Shown piece after piece: positions 1 through 12,520 of a stretch of DNA of 64,000 bases. Below the pieces are notes generated by a model. It saw nothing but the letters and a program-made list of their open reading frames with translations, was not told the DNA's origin and ran no database searches. Source of the DNA: Camelus dromedarius (lineage: Eukaryota); NCBI RefSeq assembly GCF_036321535.1, contig NC_087437.1, forward strand, positions 61,072,001 to 61,136,000, in the 5' to 3' direction. Numbering within the stretch: the stretch's first letter is position 1; the number at the start of each line of letters is the position of its first letter. A program made the position numbers and the translations under genes.

Positions 1-693
1 ATCAGTAACCAGGACAATATGGTACTGGCACAAAAACAGACACATAGATCAGTGGAACAGGATAGAGAGCTCAGAAATAAACCCACTCACTTATGGTCAA
101 TTAATCTACAACAAAGGAGGCAAGAATATACACTGGAGAAAAGACAATCTCTTCAATAAATGGCGCTGGGAAAACTGGACAGCTATGTGTGAAAGAATGA
201 AATTAGAACATTCTCTAACACCATATACAAAAATAAACTCAAAACAGATTAGACATATTTAGACGAGATACTATAAAACCCCTAGAGAAAAAATATAGAC
301 AAAACACACACACACACACTCTCACAATGGGATATTACTCAGCCATGAAAAATAAAATAATGCCATTTTCAGCAACATAGATGAACCTGGAGATTATCAT
401 ACTAAGTGAAGTAAATCAGAGAAAGACAAATATCATATAATATTGCTTATATGTGGAATCTAAAAAAATGATACAAATGAACTTATTTATAAGACAGAAA
501 TAGATTCACAGACATAGAAAATAAACATGGTTACCAAAGGGGAAAGAAGGGTGGGGAGGGATAAATCAGGAGTTTGGGGTTAACAGATACTATATATAAT
601 ATAGATAAACAACAAGGACCTACTGTGTGACACAGGAAAGTATATTCAATATCTTGTGAAAAACTATAATGGAAAAGAATCTGAAAAAGAATA

Positions 694-728
<35 letters not shown>

Positions 729-800
729 CTGAATCACTTCATTGTACACCTGAAACTAGCACAGCATTGTAAATCAACTATACTTCAGTTTTAAAAAAAG
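1..800 (+). mobile_element. LINE-1 fragment: late ORF2 plus 3' UTR and A-rich tail, internally deleted near 300-320
   Basis: L1 ORF2-like text (ATATGGTACTGGCACAAAAACAGACACATAGATC) jumps at a (CA)n run to an L1 3' UTR ending in TTTTAAAAAAA. The end coordinate is approximate. Confidence 0.85.
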
Positions 801-1080
801 GATAGTTAGAAACTTCTGAATGAACTTAATTTTCTTCACACTACAAGGTATGCTATTAATGTTAGTAATTTGCCTCTTCATGTTTTATATTCCCCTAAAT
901 TCAGTATGTTTTTTTCTGAATGGTAACCTTTTATACAGTGACTGTTGTTTGAGCATCTCTTTGCCTAGCACTATGCTAGGCACTTGAGTTTATAATCTTA
1001 ATATATTGTGATTTATTAAGATGTATGTGGTTGAGAGTCAGGAGTGATGTAGGTGGGCAGAGAATTTGGAAAGGAAGAAT

Positions 1081-1250
1081 GGGGAGGGTATAGCTCAAGT
1101 GGTAGAGCACATGTTTAGCATGCTTGAGGTCATGGGTTTAATCTCCTATATCCCCTCTAAAAATAAAACCTAATTACCTTCCCTTGCCAAGATAAGATAG
1201 AATAAAATATACAATAGTAAATGAATGAATAAAATATTAAAAAAGAAAGA
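1081..1250 (+). mobile_element. tRNA-Ala-derived SINE (camelid Vic-1-like)
   Basis: GGGGAGGGTATAGCTCAAGTGGTAGAGC A-box head, degenerate B-box, CCTAATTACC body and A-rich tail. Same family as the copies at 25443, 45215 and 50567. Confidence 0.85.
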
Positions 1251-1520
1251 AAGGGCAATACCTCTTTTCTTCTGAACTGGGAAGGGAGGAAGAATGAATT
1301 GCTATGTTTATGTAAATTTCCAGAAGTGACTAAGGGCAGGAAGTGGAGGGAGTTCGCACCAGGTAACCTTCATTTCCTCTTTAATGGAGGAGTGAGATCC
1401 TAACATATACCAAAGGTGTTTTTGGAGAATTAATTGCTGTTGGTATATAACAAGAATATAGTTGGTACTTTTTTAAGATGCTGATTTATTTTATATATAT
1501 ATATATCAATGACTTAACAG

Positions 1521-1611
1521 GTTTATCACGACAGTGAGGAAGGTCAGAGATACATACAGTTTTATAAGCTAGGGGATTTCCCCTATGTTTCCATCTTGGA
1601 TCCTCGGACAG
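1521..1611 (+). CDS. UBXN7: UBX domain protein 7, internal exon (UAS/thioredoxin-like domain): VYHDSEEGQRYIQFYKLGDFPYVSILDPRT(G)
   Basis: aacag|GTT acceptor, G|gtaaga donor. 91 nt, in phase with the next exon. Peptide matches UBXN7. Confidence 0.95.
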
Positions 1612-1722
1612 GTAAGATTTATTTCAGCTTATGGCCTTTAACCTATCATTTATCTTTCAGTTACCTAAATAATTGATCTTTACTGTTTGACTGGGTCTAG
1701 TTTCAAAATTGTTTGTATTAAA

Positions 1723-2042
1723 ACAGAAATAGACTCATAGACATAGAATACAAACTTGTGGTTGCCAAGAGGGCGGAGGGTGGGAAGGGATAGATGGGAT
1801 TTCAAAATTGTAGAACAGATAAACAAGATTATACTGTATAGCACAGGGAAGTATACACAAGATCTTACAGTAGCTCACAGAGAAAAAAATGTGACAATGA
1901 ATATATATATGTTCACATATAACTGAAAAATTGTGCTCTACACTGGAATTTGACACAACATTGTAAAATGATTATAAATCAATAAAAAAGTTAAAAAATT
2001 AAAAAACCAAATTTTAGAAATAAAAAAAAGAGAAATACAAAA
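1723..2042 (+). mobile_element. Young 5'-truncated L1 3' end with target-site duplication (TSD)
   Basis: L1 3' UTR, AATAAA and A tail. Perfect 18-bp TSD AAAATTGTTTGTATTAAA at 1705-1722 and 2043-2060. Confidence 0.9.
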
Positions 2043-2589
2043 AAAATTGTTTGTATTAAATTAGGCAAAGGGTTCTTGTTCATGCCCTTTATAATTATTT
2101 AAACATCCATTGATGTATATATTTAGGGAGTCTGTTTCCAACAACTTATTTTATATTTGTGCATTTCTGTTCTTTCAAAAAATAACTTTATTTTCCTTAT
2201 CATTTTTAAGGGATCTCCTTAGGTCATTATAATGTTAAGATTATTCAGGTAGTGATTGTAATCCCACCAGAGAAGTGGAGGGTAGAGTTGGTTTTTTTAT
2301 TAATTGATTTTGAGTTTTATATTGGTATTGTTTTATCTGAATCTCCTAAATGGCAATAAAAGATATCAGCAGATAAAGTAGTTGCTCTTATCAGGATGGC
2401 TGGGAATCTCTTAGGTTGGTTATAATTAATGTATCCTCTGGGTTATGAAGACACTGTGTAACTTAGGCTGGTGATGGTTGGGGATGTGCCCCCATAATTT
2501 TTAATTATGTATATGCCAAAAGAAATACTTAGAATTCAGAAAGAGTGCTGATTTTGTTATATTTATATATCCTGGTTTTTAATCTTTAG

Positions 2590-2717
2590 GTCAGAAGCTG
2601 GTTGAGTGGCACCAGTTAGACGTATCTTCTTTCTTGGACCAAGTTACGGGATTTCTGGGTGAACATGGGCAACTGGATGGACTTTCTAGCAGTCCCCCCA
2701 AAAAATGTGCCCGTTCA
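2590..2717 (+). CDS. UBXN7: UBXN7 internal exon: (G)QKLVEWHQLDVSSFLDQVTGFLGEHGQLDGLSSSPPKKCARS
   Basis: tttag| acceptor, |gtaagt donor. 128 nt, frame consistent. Confidence 0.95.
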
Positions 2718-3545
2718 GTAAGTATGACCTAAGAAGTGGTGATGCGCAATTAAGTGTAGTTGTATAAAAATGTCTTTTGTAAAATGTTTGCAGTTAAGAT
2801 TGTAAAGATGATAATATAAGTGGTGGACAGTTACAGTTTGTGGTTGTACAACATCTTACCTTGTATTTTGGTAGTTTCCCACATAAGGGTTCTATTTTCT
2901 CAATGAAATTAAAAGATTGATATTTCCAGGCTCCCTTGCAGCTAGGGTTAGGCATCTGACCTAAGACTTGGATTTAGAAGTAAACAATGTGAATATGTAG
3001 CAGTGAGCAGGAGGACTGATCTGGCAAGCTGGTGACAGAGGAATCCACTTCTTCATGACTAGCATTGCTTGAACTTTCAGAATCCAGGTCTAAGCAGCAG
3101 TGGAAATGGTATTTTTTTCTAGAAAAATTCTCATGGTGTAGTTGGGCATTATTACTGATTATGTAGCTTTAGGACCTGGCTCCCAGATCCACCCAAAGAT
3201 TACTTCTGTATTTAATTTCTATAATATAGTATTATTAAGCAGGCCTATTTGATAATTGATACCAAGATTAGTTGCAAATAAGAGACCTTCAAAGATGTGG
3301 GAATCTCAGATTGGTTGTAGGAACTGTTTAGGTTTGATGGCAGTGAGGATAAAATTAGTTTTAGAGGCTGTGACTTTAGCAGTCCAATCTTATGCAGTGA
3401 TGAAACCAGTTCCTTAAGTTATCACCTAGAATAAAGTGCTCATTTAAGGAAAAGCTATGGGTGCTTGCCAAGGGGTTGTACAGAATCCTCCCCCCCCCCC
3501 ATTACTCAGAAATTTTACTTAAGTAGAATTCTTTGTTAAGGCATT

Positions 3546-3558
3546 ACACACACACACA

Positions 3559-3623
<65 letters not shown>

Positions 3624-3694
3624 CCTCCCTCTCTCTCTCTCTCTCTCTCTCCCTCTCTCTCCCTCTCTCCCTCTCTCCCTCTCTCCCTCTCTCC

Positions 3695-3726
<32 letters not shown>
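3546..3726. repeat. Compound microsatellite: (AC)7 then ~165 bp of (CT)n with CC interruptions
   Basis: Directly visible; explains the spurious SL-repeat ORF 3533-3730. Confidence 0.97.
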
Positions 3727-4419
3727 ATAATTGCCGTAAGAGTCTGAGCTTGTGAGGTGGTGGATTACAACATAAATTGAGTTTAAGATCTCACCAGATC
3801 TCTTATAAAAGTTAGGGCACTTAGTAGGGAAAAGAGTGGGACTGTAAAATTGGACAATTACATAGGGCTGATTTGGATTACTAGTACCTCAGACCCCACT
3901 TCTGAAACTAAATTCTCTGAATTACAAATTTTGATCAACTGTGCAAGAGAAACACCAACAAATAATGACTTAAATAAGGAAGACATATTTTCTCAACAGG
4001 AAGTTCAGAGGCAAGCAGTCTAGGGCTTGACCATTGTGGCTGTCATCACAATAGTCTTCTTTTTTTCCCCCTCTATCCTTAGTGTTGGCTTTTGTCCTCA
4101 TGGTCACAGTACAGATACTGTGCTCCCAGGTATCATATTCTACCATGCACAAGGAGGAAGGGGATAGTATCTGTATTACAAAGCTAAACAGCCATAGATA
4201 AGAGTTCTGCTTATTTTAGCTTAACACATTTTCTTGCACAAAAGCAATTGAGGTTCTGTTAAGAAGAAGAGAAGAAGAATGGATATAAATAGGAAACTAA
4301 CACAGTCCATCATAGTGTCATTCTTTAGAATCAGCCCTCATGATACATTGTTATTACTTGTAGTCAGTCCAAGCCTTTGCAAGTCATTTGGGCACATCTG
4401 TTTGCTTTTTTGTGTGTTC

Positions 4420-5890
4420 TGTTTATTTTACTCAAAAAAACTCCATAGCTTTATTGAAGTATAATTAATGTGAAATAGTAAACTAAGCATATTTTAAATC
4501 TACAGTTTGATACCTTTTGATATGAGCATCTTTCCATGTGCTTTTTTTTGCTGTCTGTCTTTTTTGGTAAAGTGTCTATTCAGGTCTATAGCTTGTTTTT
4601 TAAAATTAGATTGTATATCTGTTTATTGAGTTGTAAGGATTCTTTTTATATTCTAGATGTAAGTCCTTTGTTGAATATATGGTTTGCAGATATTTTCTTT
4701 CAGTGTGTTGCTTGCTTATTCATTCCATAATGGTGTCTTTTGAAGAGCAAATTTTAAAAAGTTGGTGAAGTCTAATTTAATTGTCTTTTATACTGTGCTT
4801 TTTGTGTGTTATCTAAGAAATCTTAGCCTAACCGAATATTTTATCCCCGTGATTTTTGTCATTTAAGTTCTTCAGTCAGTGAATCATTTTGAATTAATTT
4901 TCGTATCTGATATTAGGGTGGGGTTGTGTAGGGTTTTGGGGGGTTTTTTTTGCGTATGCCTATACTCTTGTCCCAGCACCATTTGTTAAAAAGATTATCG
5001 TTTCCCTTTTGAATTGCCTTTGCACCTTTGTCAGAAACTTATCATATATGTGTGGGTTTATGGATTCTGTCCTTTTCAGTGATTGATATGTCTCTGTTTA
5101 AATCAGTATTTTACTGTCTTAATGATTACTATAACTTTATATTAAATCTTGAAATTGCATGATGTAAGTCCTCCAACTTTGCTTGTCTTTATAGTTGTTT
5201 TGGTTATTTTATGTCCTTTGCATTTCCATATATGTTTTAGTTAGAATCAACTTTTCACTTTATATGAGGAAAGATGCTGGGACTTTGATTAGAATAGCAT
5301 TGGCTTTATAGATCGTTTTGGAGAGAATAGACATCTTAAAATTAATGTCTTCAGATCCATGGACGTGGCATATATCTCTTCATTTATTTAAGTCTTTAGT
5401 TTTGCTCAGCAGTGTTTTATTTCATTAATATACAGCACTGTTTGATTATCTATTTCTTCTTTAATGAGCTTTAGTAGATTGTGTCTTTCTAGGAATTTGT
5501 CCATTTTATCTAAGGGGTCGAGTATATTGACACAAAGTTGTTCATTGTATTTCTTATTATTCCTTTAATGACTGTAGTATCTGTAGTATCTCTTCCAATC
5601 CTGTATTTGGTAATTTGTGACGTTTTTTTCCCTTGACAGTCTGACTAGAGGCTTAAAATTTTATTGATTTTTTTTTAAACCAGCTTTTAATTTCATTGAT
5701 TTTTCTTGTTTTCTAAATCATTCATTGATTTCTATCCTTTTCCTTTTTCCTTCTGCATAGTTTGGGTTTAATTTAATTTTTCTTCTGTGTGGGTACTTTT
5801 TAATTTCAGAAGGAAACTTAGTCATTAATATGAAACTTTCTTTTCTAATGTAGGCATTTAGTTCTATAATTTCTTTGGAAGTGCTGCTTC
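4420..5890 (-). mobile_element. Old, diverged L1 (L1M-type) ORF2/3' region
   Basis: T-rich antisense L1 motifs (CCAGCACCATTTGTTAAAA, TGTAAGTCCTCCAACTTTG). Boundaries approximate. Confidence 0.7.
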
Positions 5891-7349
5891 AGCTCTATAC
5901 CACAATTTTTTTTTTCTAGCTGCAAGGGAAATTGGTAAATGGAATTTTTTAATGGGACATATTTCATTTTATAGACATGATTAAGATTCTGTAAGTAAGG
6001 AATCAGAGGAGAATGAATGTTGGATAGGAAGCCAGCAGTGTCTGCCATGGCAGCAGTGTTTAAAATCAAGCTATGTGCTGTGCAGTGTCATTGTTATAAA
6101 TCTATAGTTCATCTAAGCCATTGCAGGTCACATGGGCACATCTACTTGGTTTTTTTTTTTTTTGTTTTTTTTTTTTTTGTGGTAAATTAGCCTTACGTTT
6201 CTTTAAAATGTTTTCTTTAATTTTTTAACTATATGATTGGCAGATAGAGAAAGCCACATTGAGGTTCCTTTAGTTTTTTGTTAGCAACCTATACATTTTT
6301 GAACCTTTTAATGTGGAAAATTTTAAAGTAGAAGGAATTTATTGAGCCTCTATGTATCCATTAACTAATTTCAGTAATTAACACGTGGCCAGTCTTGTTT
6401 CAGCTATACCCCATTCTCTGCACATTATTTTGAAGCAAATTTCAGAATTCATTGTTTCATTCATTAATACTTTGGCATGTATCTTTAAAAGATAGATTCT
6501 TTTTCTTTTTTTTAAAATAAGCACAATACCATTAACACAACCTTAAACAATTAACATTGATTCTTTTATATCATAAGATATCCAGTGTTCAAGTTTAGTT
6601 ACCATAAAAAGAATTTGTGTGTGTGTAGTTTATTTGAGTTAGGATTTGAATAAGTTCCACTCAAGCAATCCGTATTTTGTGACTCAATAAATTTAGTGAA
6701 ATCTGTGACATTAGAACTTTTCCAACAGGAAACTATTAAAATTTTCATTTCTCATGATCACATGAAAGCCTTCATTGGAATTAAGCTTAGGAAAATATAG
6801 GTTTTTTTCCTATTTATTGTATGATGTTTTGTTTTGAATGTTAAAAATCTGACTTAGATTTTTTGCAAAATGATCATTACTGAGTTATTTATTAATACCC
6901 TTCTGTGTGCCAAGTAGTGCTTGTTGAAGTATACAGTGGTGAGCAAGAGAGACATCTTTCTGTTTAGTCATTTTAAAGACTGATGTTTTTTGGCTCGATA
7001 TTTAAAACTTTAATCCTGGTCTTTTTCTGGACAGAGAATAAATTACTTTCTTGGTTTTATTCATTTTGATGCAAAAAAAGCAAAAAACACCCTACACTTG
7101 TCAATCATTGTGCCAGGTAGCATAACACTTTTAATTTTTGTTCTTAAAATATCCATTTCAGCTTGGCTGGGTAAAACAAAGTTATTGCCCTCAAATAGCT
7201 TAAAATTTAGTAGAAGAGATCCATTCAGCAGAAAATAATAATGGCAAGCTGACTATTACATTTTTTATGCCCTGCTTGATTTGACTATCTATTTTGATTT
7301 AACTGTTTTCTTTTTCTTTCTACCCATGTTTTATGACTGCATCTTGCAG

Positions 7350-7743
7350 GAGAGCCTTATAGATGCAAGTGAAGACAGCCAGCTAGAAGCTGCCATCAGA
7401 GCCTCCTTGCAAGAGACACATTTTGATTCCACACAGACAAAACAGGATAGCCGCTCAGATGAAGAATCTGAATCTGAACTTTTTTCTGGCAGTGAGGAGT
7501 TCATATCCGTTTGTGGCTCTGATGAAGAAGAGGAGATAGAGAATCTTGCCAAATCTAGGAAGTCTCCCCACAAAGATTTGGGGCATAGAAAAGAGGAGAA
7601 CAGAAGGCCACTGACTGAGCCCCCCACCAGAACTGAGCCTGGAACAGCCATAAACCACCAAGGATTGCCAGCCGTGGATTCGGAAATATTGGAAATGTCA
7701 CCCGAAAAATCAGATGGAATAGTGGAGGGCATAGATGTAAATG
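7350..7743 (+). CDS. UBXN7: UBXN7 exon with the UIM (EDSQLEAAIRASLQE) and acidic linker
   Basis: tgcag|GAG acceptor, G|gtgagt donor. 394 nt, inside ORF 7281-7790. Confidence 0.96.
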
Positions 7744-7861
7744 GTGAGTTACATGTTAGGCTTATTTTACTTAAACTTGAATATTACTGAAGGGATTCAT
7801 TTATTTGTTTAAGTTAGTCTTCTGTCTTAAGCTCCTGTATTTTTTTCAACCCTTACTTTAG

Positions 7862-7941
7862 GACCAAAAGCACAGCTGATGTTGCGGTATCCAGATGGAA
7901 AAAGGGAACAAATCACTCTTCCAGAGCAAGCTAAACTACTA
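7862..7941 (+). CDS. UBXN7: UBXN7 exon, start of the UBX domain: (G)PKAQLMLRYPDGKREQITLPEQAKLL
   Basis: tttag| acceptor after a 118-nt intron, |gtaagt donor. 80 nt. Confidence 0.96.
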
Positions 7942-9271
7942 GTAAGTGTATCTAATTGGAAGCATTTACATGAAGCAAAAAAAATTAATTGGTGTAATTA
8001 GCTTGATAATTCTTTAAAATTGGTGTTAAGGCTGACCTCCAGCTGGAAACTTAACTGTGGTGAATCTTAATTCTAACTGCTTTATTTCCTTCCCATATTA
8101 TCTCGGGCACTCACATAGTCTGTTCCAGTCAAGGTTTTTCTGTTCCATGGCTGCATGTAATAGAAACCCAACTGAAATTACTGGAAAAGGGGATTGGGGT
8201 TATTTAAAGAATATAGTGGGGCTCCTGGATTTCCTAGTAGTTGGAACTGTGAAGTAGTTCAGAACCAAGACTGTTTTCCTCTGTATTTCTCTCATGGGAC
8301 CTATTTGGTTTCCCCTTGTGATTCTCTACTTCATACCATTATTCTCTGTATTCTGGTGGCTTTTGTTTATAAAACCGCTTGTATATAATCCATCATAGTG
8401 ATGCTGTGAGAGCCTTTTCCTCAAGTCCACAGCTGATGGGTCTTCTCTCTGTATTTTTCAACTCTGGGAAAAGAGAATGAATCTGACTAGCTTAACTTGC
8501 ATATGAATGAACCCCCTTGGGTCAAGTGTTCATACCTGGCCACTTACTGCAGCTGGAGATAATTAGATTCTTGAAGACTATAACTGGAATGCAAGTAGGG
8601 TCTGGCCTCTGGTGCTAATACCCAGACTGTCACCCTAGTCTAGTAATGGGAAGGGAATGGGAGATGAGACAATGAATGGAATAAGTATGGACCACTTTTT
8701 TGAGAAGTCTAGTTGTGAAGCTAGAGTAGGGAGTGGGCAGTAATCAGAGGGGGAAAGATGATTAAAGGAGAGACTGACCATATTTAAGTCTGATGAGAAG
8801 CATCTATAGAGAAGGAGATGTTAAAGATACCTATAAGAGTGGTATTCTGCAGTGGCACAGTTTCTGAGAAGGCAAAAAAAGGATTCAGTGCACAGGTGGC
8901 AAGAATGGCTATAGGTAGAATGAAGGACATATCTTCCCTGATAAAAAGAGGGAAGGAAAACTGATAAAATGTTTAAAAATGAGGACAATAATTTTATAAA
9001 TAGATACTGGGTTTGTTTACTGGAGAGACAATAATAATCCTGTATATTTCAGTGTTACTTAATGGCTCTAAACTATTGGTTACAGGTTTATTATCTCCCC
9101 ATCCAAAGGGTTATATTGGCCCTTCCACAAGAGTGAGCTTCGATTATCTAAAAGAATAACTTAAACTTATATCTCATCTGATATAAAAGTGAATATTAGA
9201 TTTTTGATTCTTCAGTATGCTCTCCTTTTTATTTCCATCTAACAACTTTGTCTTTCTCTTATTTTTCATAG

Positions 9272-9433
9272 GCTTTGGTGAAGCATGTTCAGTCTAAAGG
9301 ATATCCAAATGAACGTTTTGAACTTCTCACCAACTTCCCTCGAAGGAAACTCTCTCATCTGGACTATGATATTACGTTACAAGAGGCAGGGCTTTGTCCT
9401 CAAGAGACTGTCTTTGTACAGGAAAGAAATTAA
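9272..9433 (+). CDS. UBXN7: UBXN7 last coding exon with the UBX FPR motif: ALVKHVQSKGYPNERFELLTNFPRRKLSHLDYDITLQEAGLCPQETVFVQERN*
   Basis: catag| acceptor. 162 nt ending in TAA at 9431-9433. Confidence 0.97.
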   Translation, partial: ALVKHVQSKGYPNERFELLTNFPRRKLSHLDYDITLQEAGLCPQETVFVQERN

Positions 9434-12334
9434 CATCATGGCCTGACCTCTCTCAGCTTACCCCTTTTTTCCCTTGTTCTGTGAGATACCATGTCACTGA
9501 GTATGCGTTTTGGCTCATAGGACCACAGGGCCAAAGTTGGGCAAGCAAGTCACCTGCCTTCTGTTTTATTTCTTGCTCTCTCTTAAAATCAGTCTCTCTC
9601 CCACCCCTGTTAATTCTCTCCTCTCCTATTTTCTTCTTTTTCCTACTCTGGTGACCAAATGGAAGTGTTAGGATAAGATCTCCTAGTACTGGCAGCAGGA
9701 AATGTACGTTCCAATAAGTGGTCTCTTACATGGCATTTTTGGGGGATCAAATGATAATGTTACTCTTCAGTCTTCTTTGGTAAAGGAATGGTTAGATTCA
9801 GAACAAGAACAACCTCCCCTTTTTGTAAGCCCCATTTTTAGTAGGGAGAAGAAATTCTTTAGCATTTGTTTTGATTTTTTGTTCATATAGGAAATATCAC
9901 ATAACAAAGTGTCCAGGCTTTTGTTTACATGGAAAAAGCATCCTTTATAATTATTGCTCATCATATTTAAAATTTTTTTCAAAAGATTCCCATCTTCCCA
10001 GATAGGATTATTTCCACGATATGTGTTATTGGCAAAAAGAGTGTTAAATTAGCGTGAGTAGCATGGCGTGGCTTTCAGTATCCTAGCCTGAGACAGCTTT
10101 CTTTGCTACTGTCTATAAACTGTCTTGATCCTGCTAGTCCTGGAATGGACATTTCATGAGCACATTGTGGTGACTGGAATAGGAAGGTGCTTGCTGTTTT
10201 TGCCAATACAGCATATTAGTTCCTTTGGCCCTTCCATTGTTTGGGTCCACAAGTGATCTGTAGGAAGGCAGCTGTTCAATAATCATGAGTACAATGGCTT
10301 GTGGTTGTAACCACTATGGTTATTGGTTGTCCTATGTGCTTTAAGGCATACTTAATATATGTCCCGGGGTGGGGGAAAGAAAAAGATGCAGCTGAGAGTT
10401 GCTAACCATGTTCCTTTGGTTAAAAATAATGATTCATTTTTTACCCCTAGTTGGAACAGTCTCTAAAAGGCTCTGGTGACTGAATGAGCTTAATTTCTCA
10501 TGCTGTTTCTTGAAAAAGGTATCAAAATGGAAAAGCTCTCTAAGGGAAAGACTTCTAAAATCCATTCATAGGACAACATTTAGTAAGGGAGGTGGGGAAG
10601 ATTACCAGTAATCTTCAGATGATGTGGGGTTTTTCTGCCAACAAAGGCCACATTCAGGTTGTAGTTGGTGAAAGCGTTTTTCAGTATTTATTTAGGAGAG
10701 GCCATCATGAATTTCTGTAATACTGTTTGACTTAATCAGCTTCACTATACGCTCAATTCTTATTTGGAGCTTTAAATAGTCTTCTGAAGGGGTGGCAGTA
10801 ATTCTGGTGGCAAAATCAGAACTTTAACTTGTTATGAAACCATCATACAGAATGAACCTATTTTGTTGATTGGGATTAGATTGATTCTTCTACTTGAGGA
10901 ACATAAATTGCTATTGCTCAGAGACCTTTAGGTTCCCATCTACTTTAAGATCACTCTCTTGGCAACTAGGGGATTAAAAAAAAAAAAAGATGCTAGTGTG
11001 TTGCTAGTACACAGAAAATATGGTTTCTAATGGTTGGACTTTGAGGGACCCTCCCTAAAGAATGAGTTATGTATCTCCTCAAGGAAATCATGGAAAATTC
11101 TGTTTATTCTTCAGTGAGTCCTTTTGAATTAATGTTCTTACATTTTTTTCTAAGTCTGTGTAAGTGCTTATGTATAAGTATATAATTGTATAAATATTTA
11201 TAAATATATTTATATAATTACAATTTCATTTATACCTTGAGTCAAAGTTCTCTCTCTAGATTGGTGACTGAGTAATACCACTTTGGTGTTTTTTCATAGG
11301 CTCTCAAGCCTAACTAGCAGCTTCTGCTTTATTGAGGAAACATGGTTTTCATGTTAATTCCTCAATTGTATCTCTGAACTTGGATAATATACTTGCTATC
11401 TGAAGAATGGAGCTATATACAAAGATGTGTTAGAGGGTTAAAAAAAAAAAAAGGTTGGTTGTAGACAAGGTCAGAAGTCTAAAAATTCTGGGAGGCACAG
11501 GGTAAGAAGTGAGGGTATGCTCAGCTTTGGTGCTGTGATGGCACCTATCTTTACTCTCAGCAAAGTCACAGCTAAAGCCCAAATCTGTCGAAAATATGAA
11601 GTCAAGAATTTTCCCCACAGGACTCTGTTTCATTCTTTTACCTACTAGTTTCTCTTTACAAATCATACCTAGAGAACTTGAGAAAACATGCTCATTAATA
11701 TTAGGATGTAGTTCTTTCTGATAAGTTCAGCCCTGGCATATTCATTTATGAGAAACCAAAGTGACTTTTTCAACTTCGCTTACTGTGAAATGACCACAGC
11801 AAAGTGATTTAAGTAAGCATATCAGAGAGATAGAGCATGAGATGCTGGTCCAGCTTAGATACAACTGGGGTGTTTAGAGTACAAGATGTAGAGGATTTTA
11901 TTTTATTTTGAAGCAGGAGTGTGATTATCCTGGGCTTGATATAGAGGCCCACAGGGGAGGCATGGGTTGTGTACAGGAAGAGTATGGATTGTGCTTTGTT
12001 CAAGAACTTAATCCACTTAGGTAGCATGCTTCCTCCAGTTTGTCTTACTTCCTCTGCAAATTCCTTAGCTCTTTGGAGGAGAGGTTTTATTGAATAGATA
12101 AAATGAAGTTAGTAAGATAGGTTAAAATAGTCATTCCTTGTCAGTATTGGAAACAGCTTAAAAGAGATTTTAAAAGGTAGACAGGAAAACAACAAGATAG
12201 AGTAAATGACAGGAGACACATACAGAGAGATGAAATGAAAACTAGTGGGAGGAAAAGTAACAGGAAATCTTTTGAATTTTATTTAGGAAGAGACCAGAGA
12301 AGAGAACAGCCAAATGAGGGAAGAATGGGGAACT

Positions 12335-12520
12335 AATTTTGAGTAACTACCATATGCTAGATACTTTAGTCTTTAGTCTTCATAAGAACTCTACAGAATG
12401 CTTATTTTCCCCCATTTTACAGATAAGGAAGAGAACTGAAGTTCAGAGAACTTGTCCAGGATGTCACAGCTAGTAAGTGGTAAAATCAAAATTGGCATTC
12501 ACGCTCTTCACTCCTATGCT
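12335..12520 (-). mobile_element. MIR SINE remnant in the UBXN7 3' UTR
   Basis: CCCCATTTTACAGATAAGGAA...GTCACAGCTAGTAAGTGG MIR core. Boundaries approximate. Confidence 0.7.

Noticed and set aside
3533..3730. SL-repeat ORF
   Set aside because: Translation of the (CT)n microsatellite.
7331..7732. 133-aa antisense ORF
   Set aside because: Shadow of the UBXN7 coding exon.
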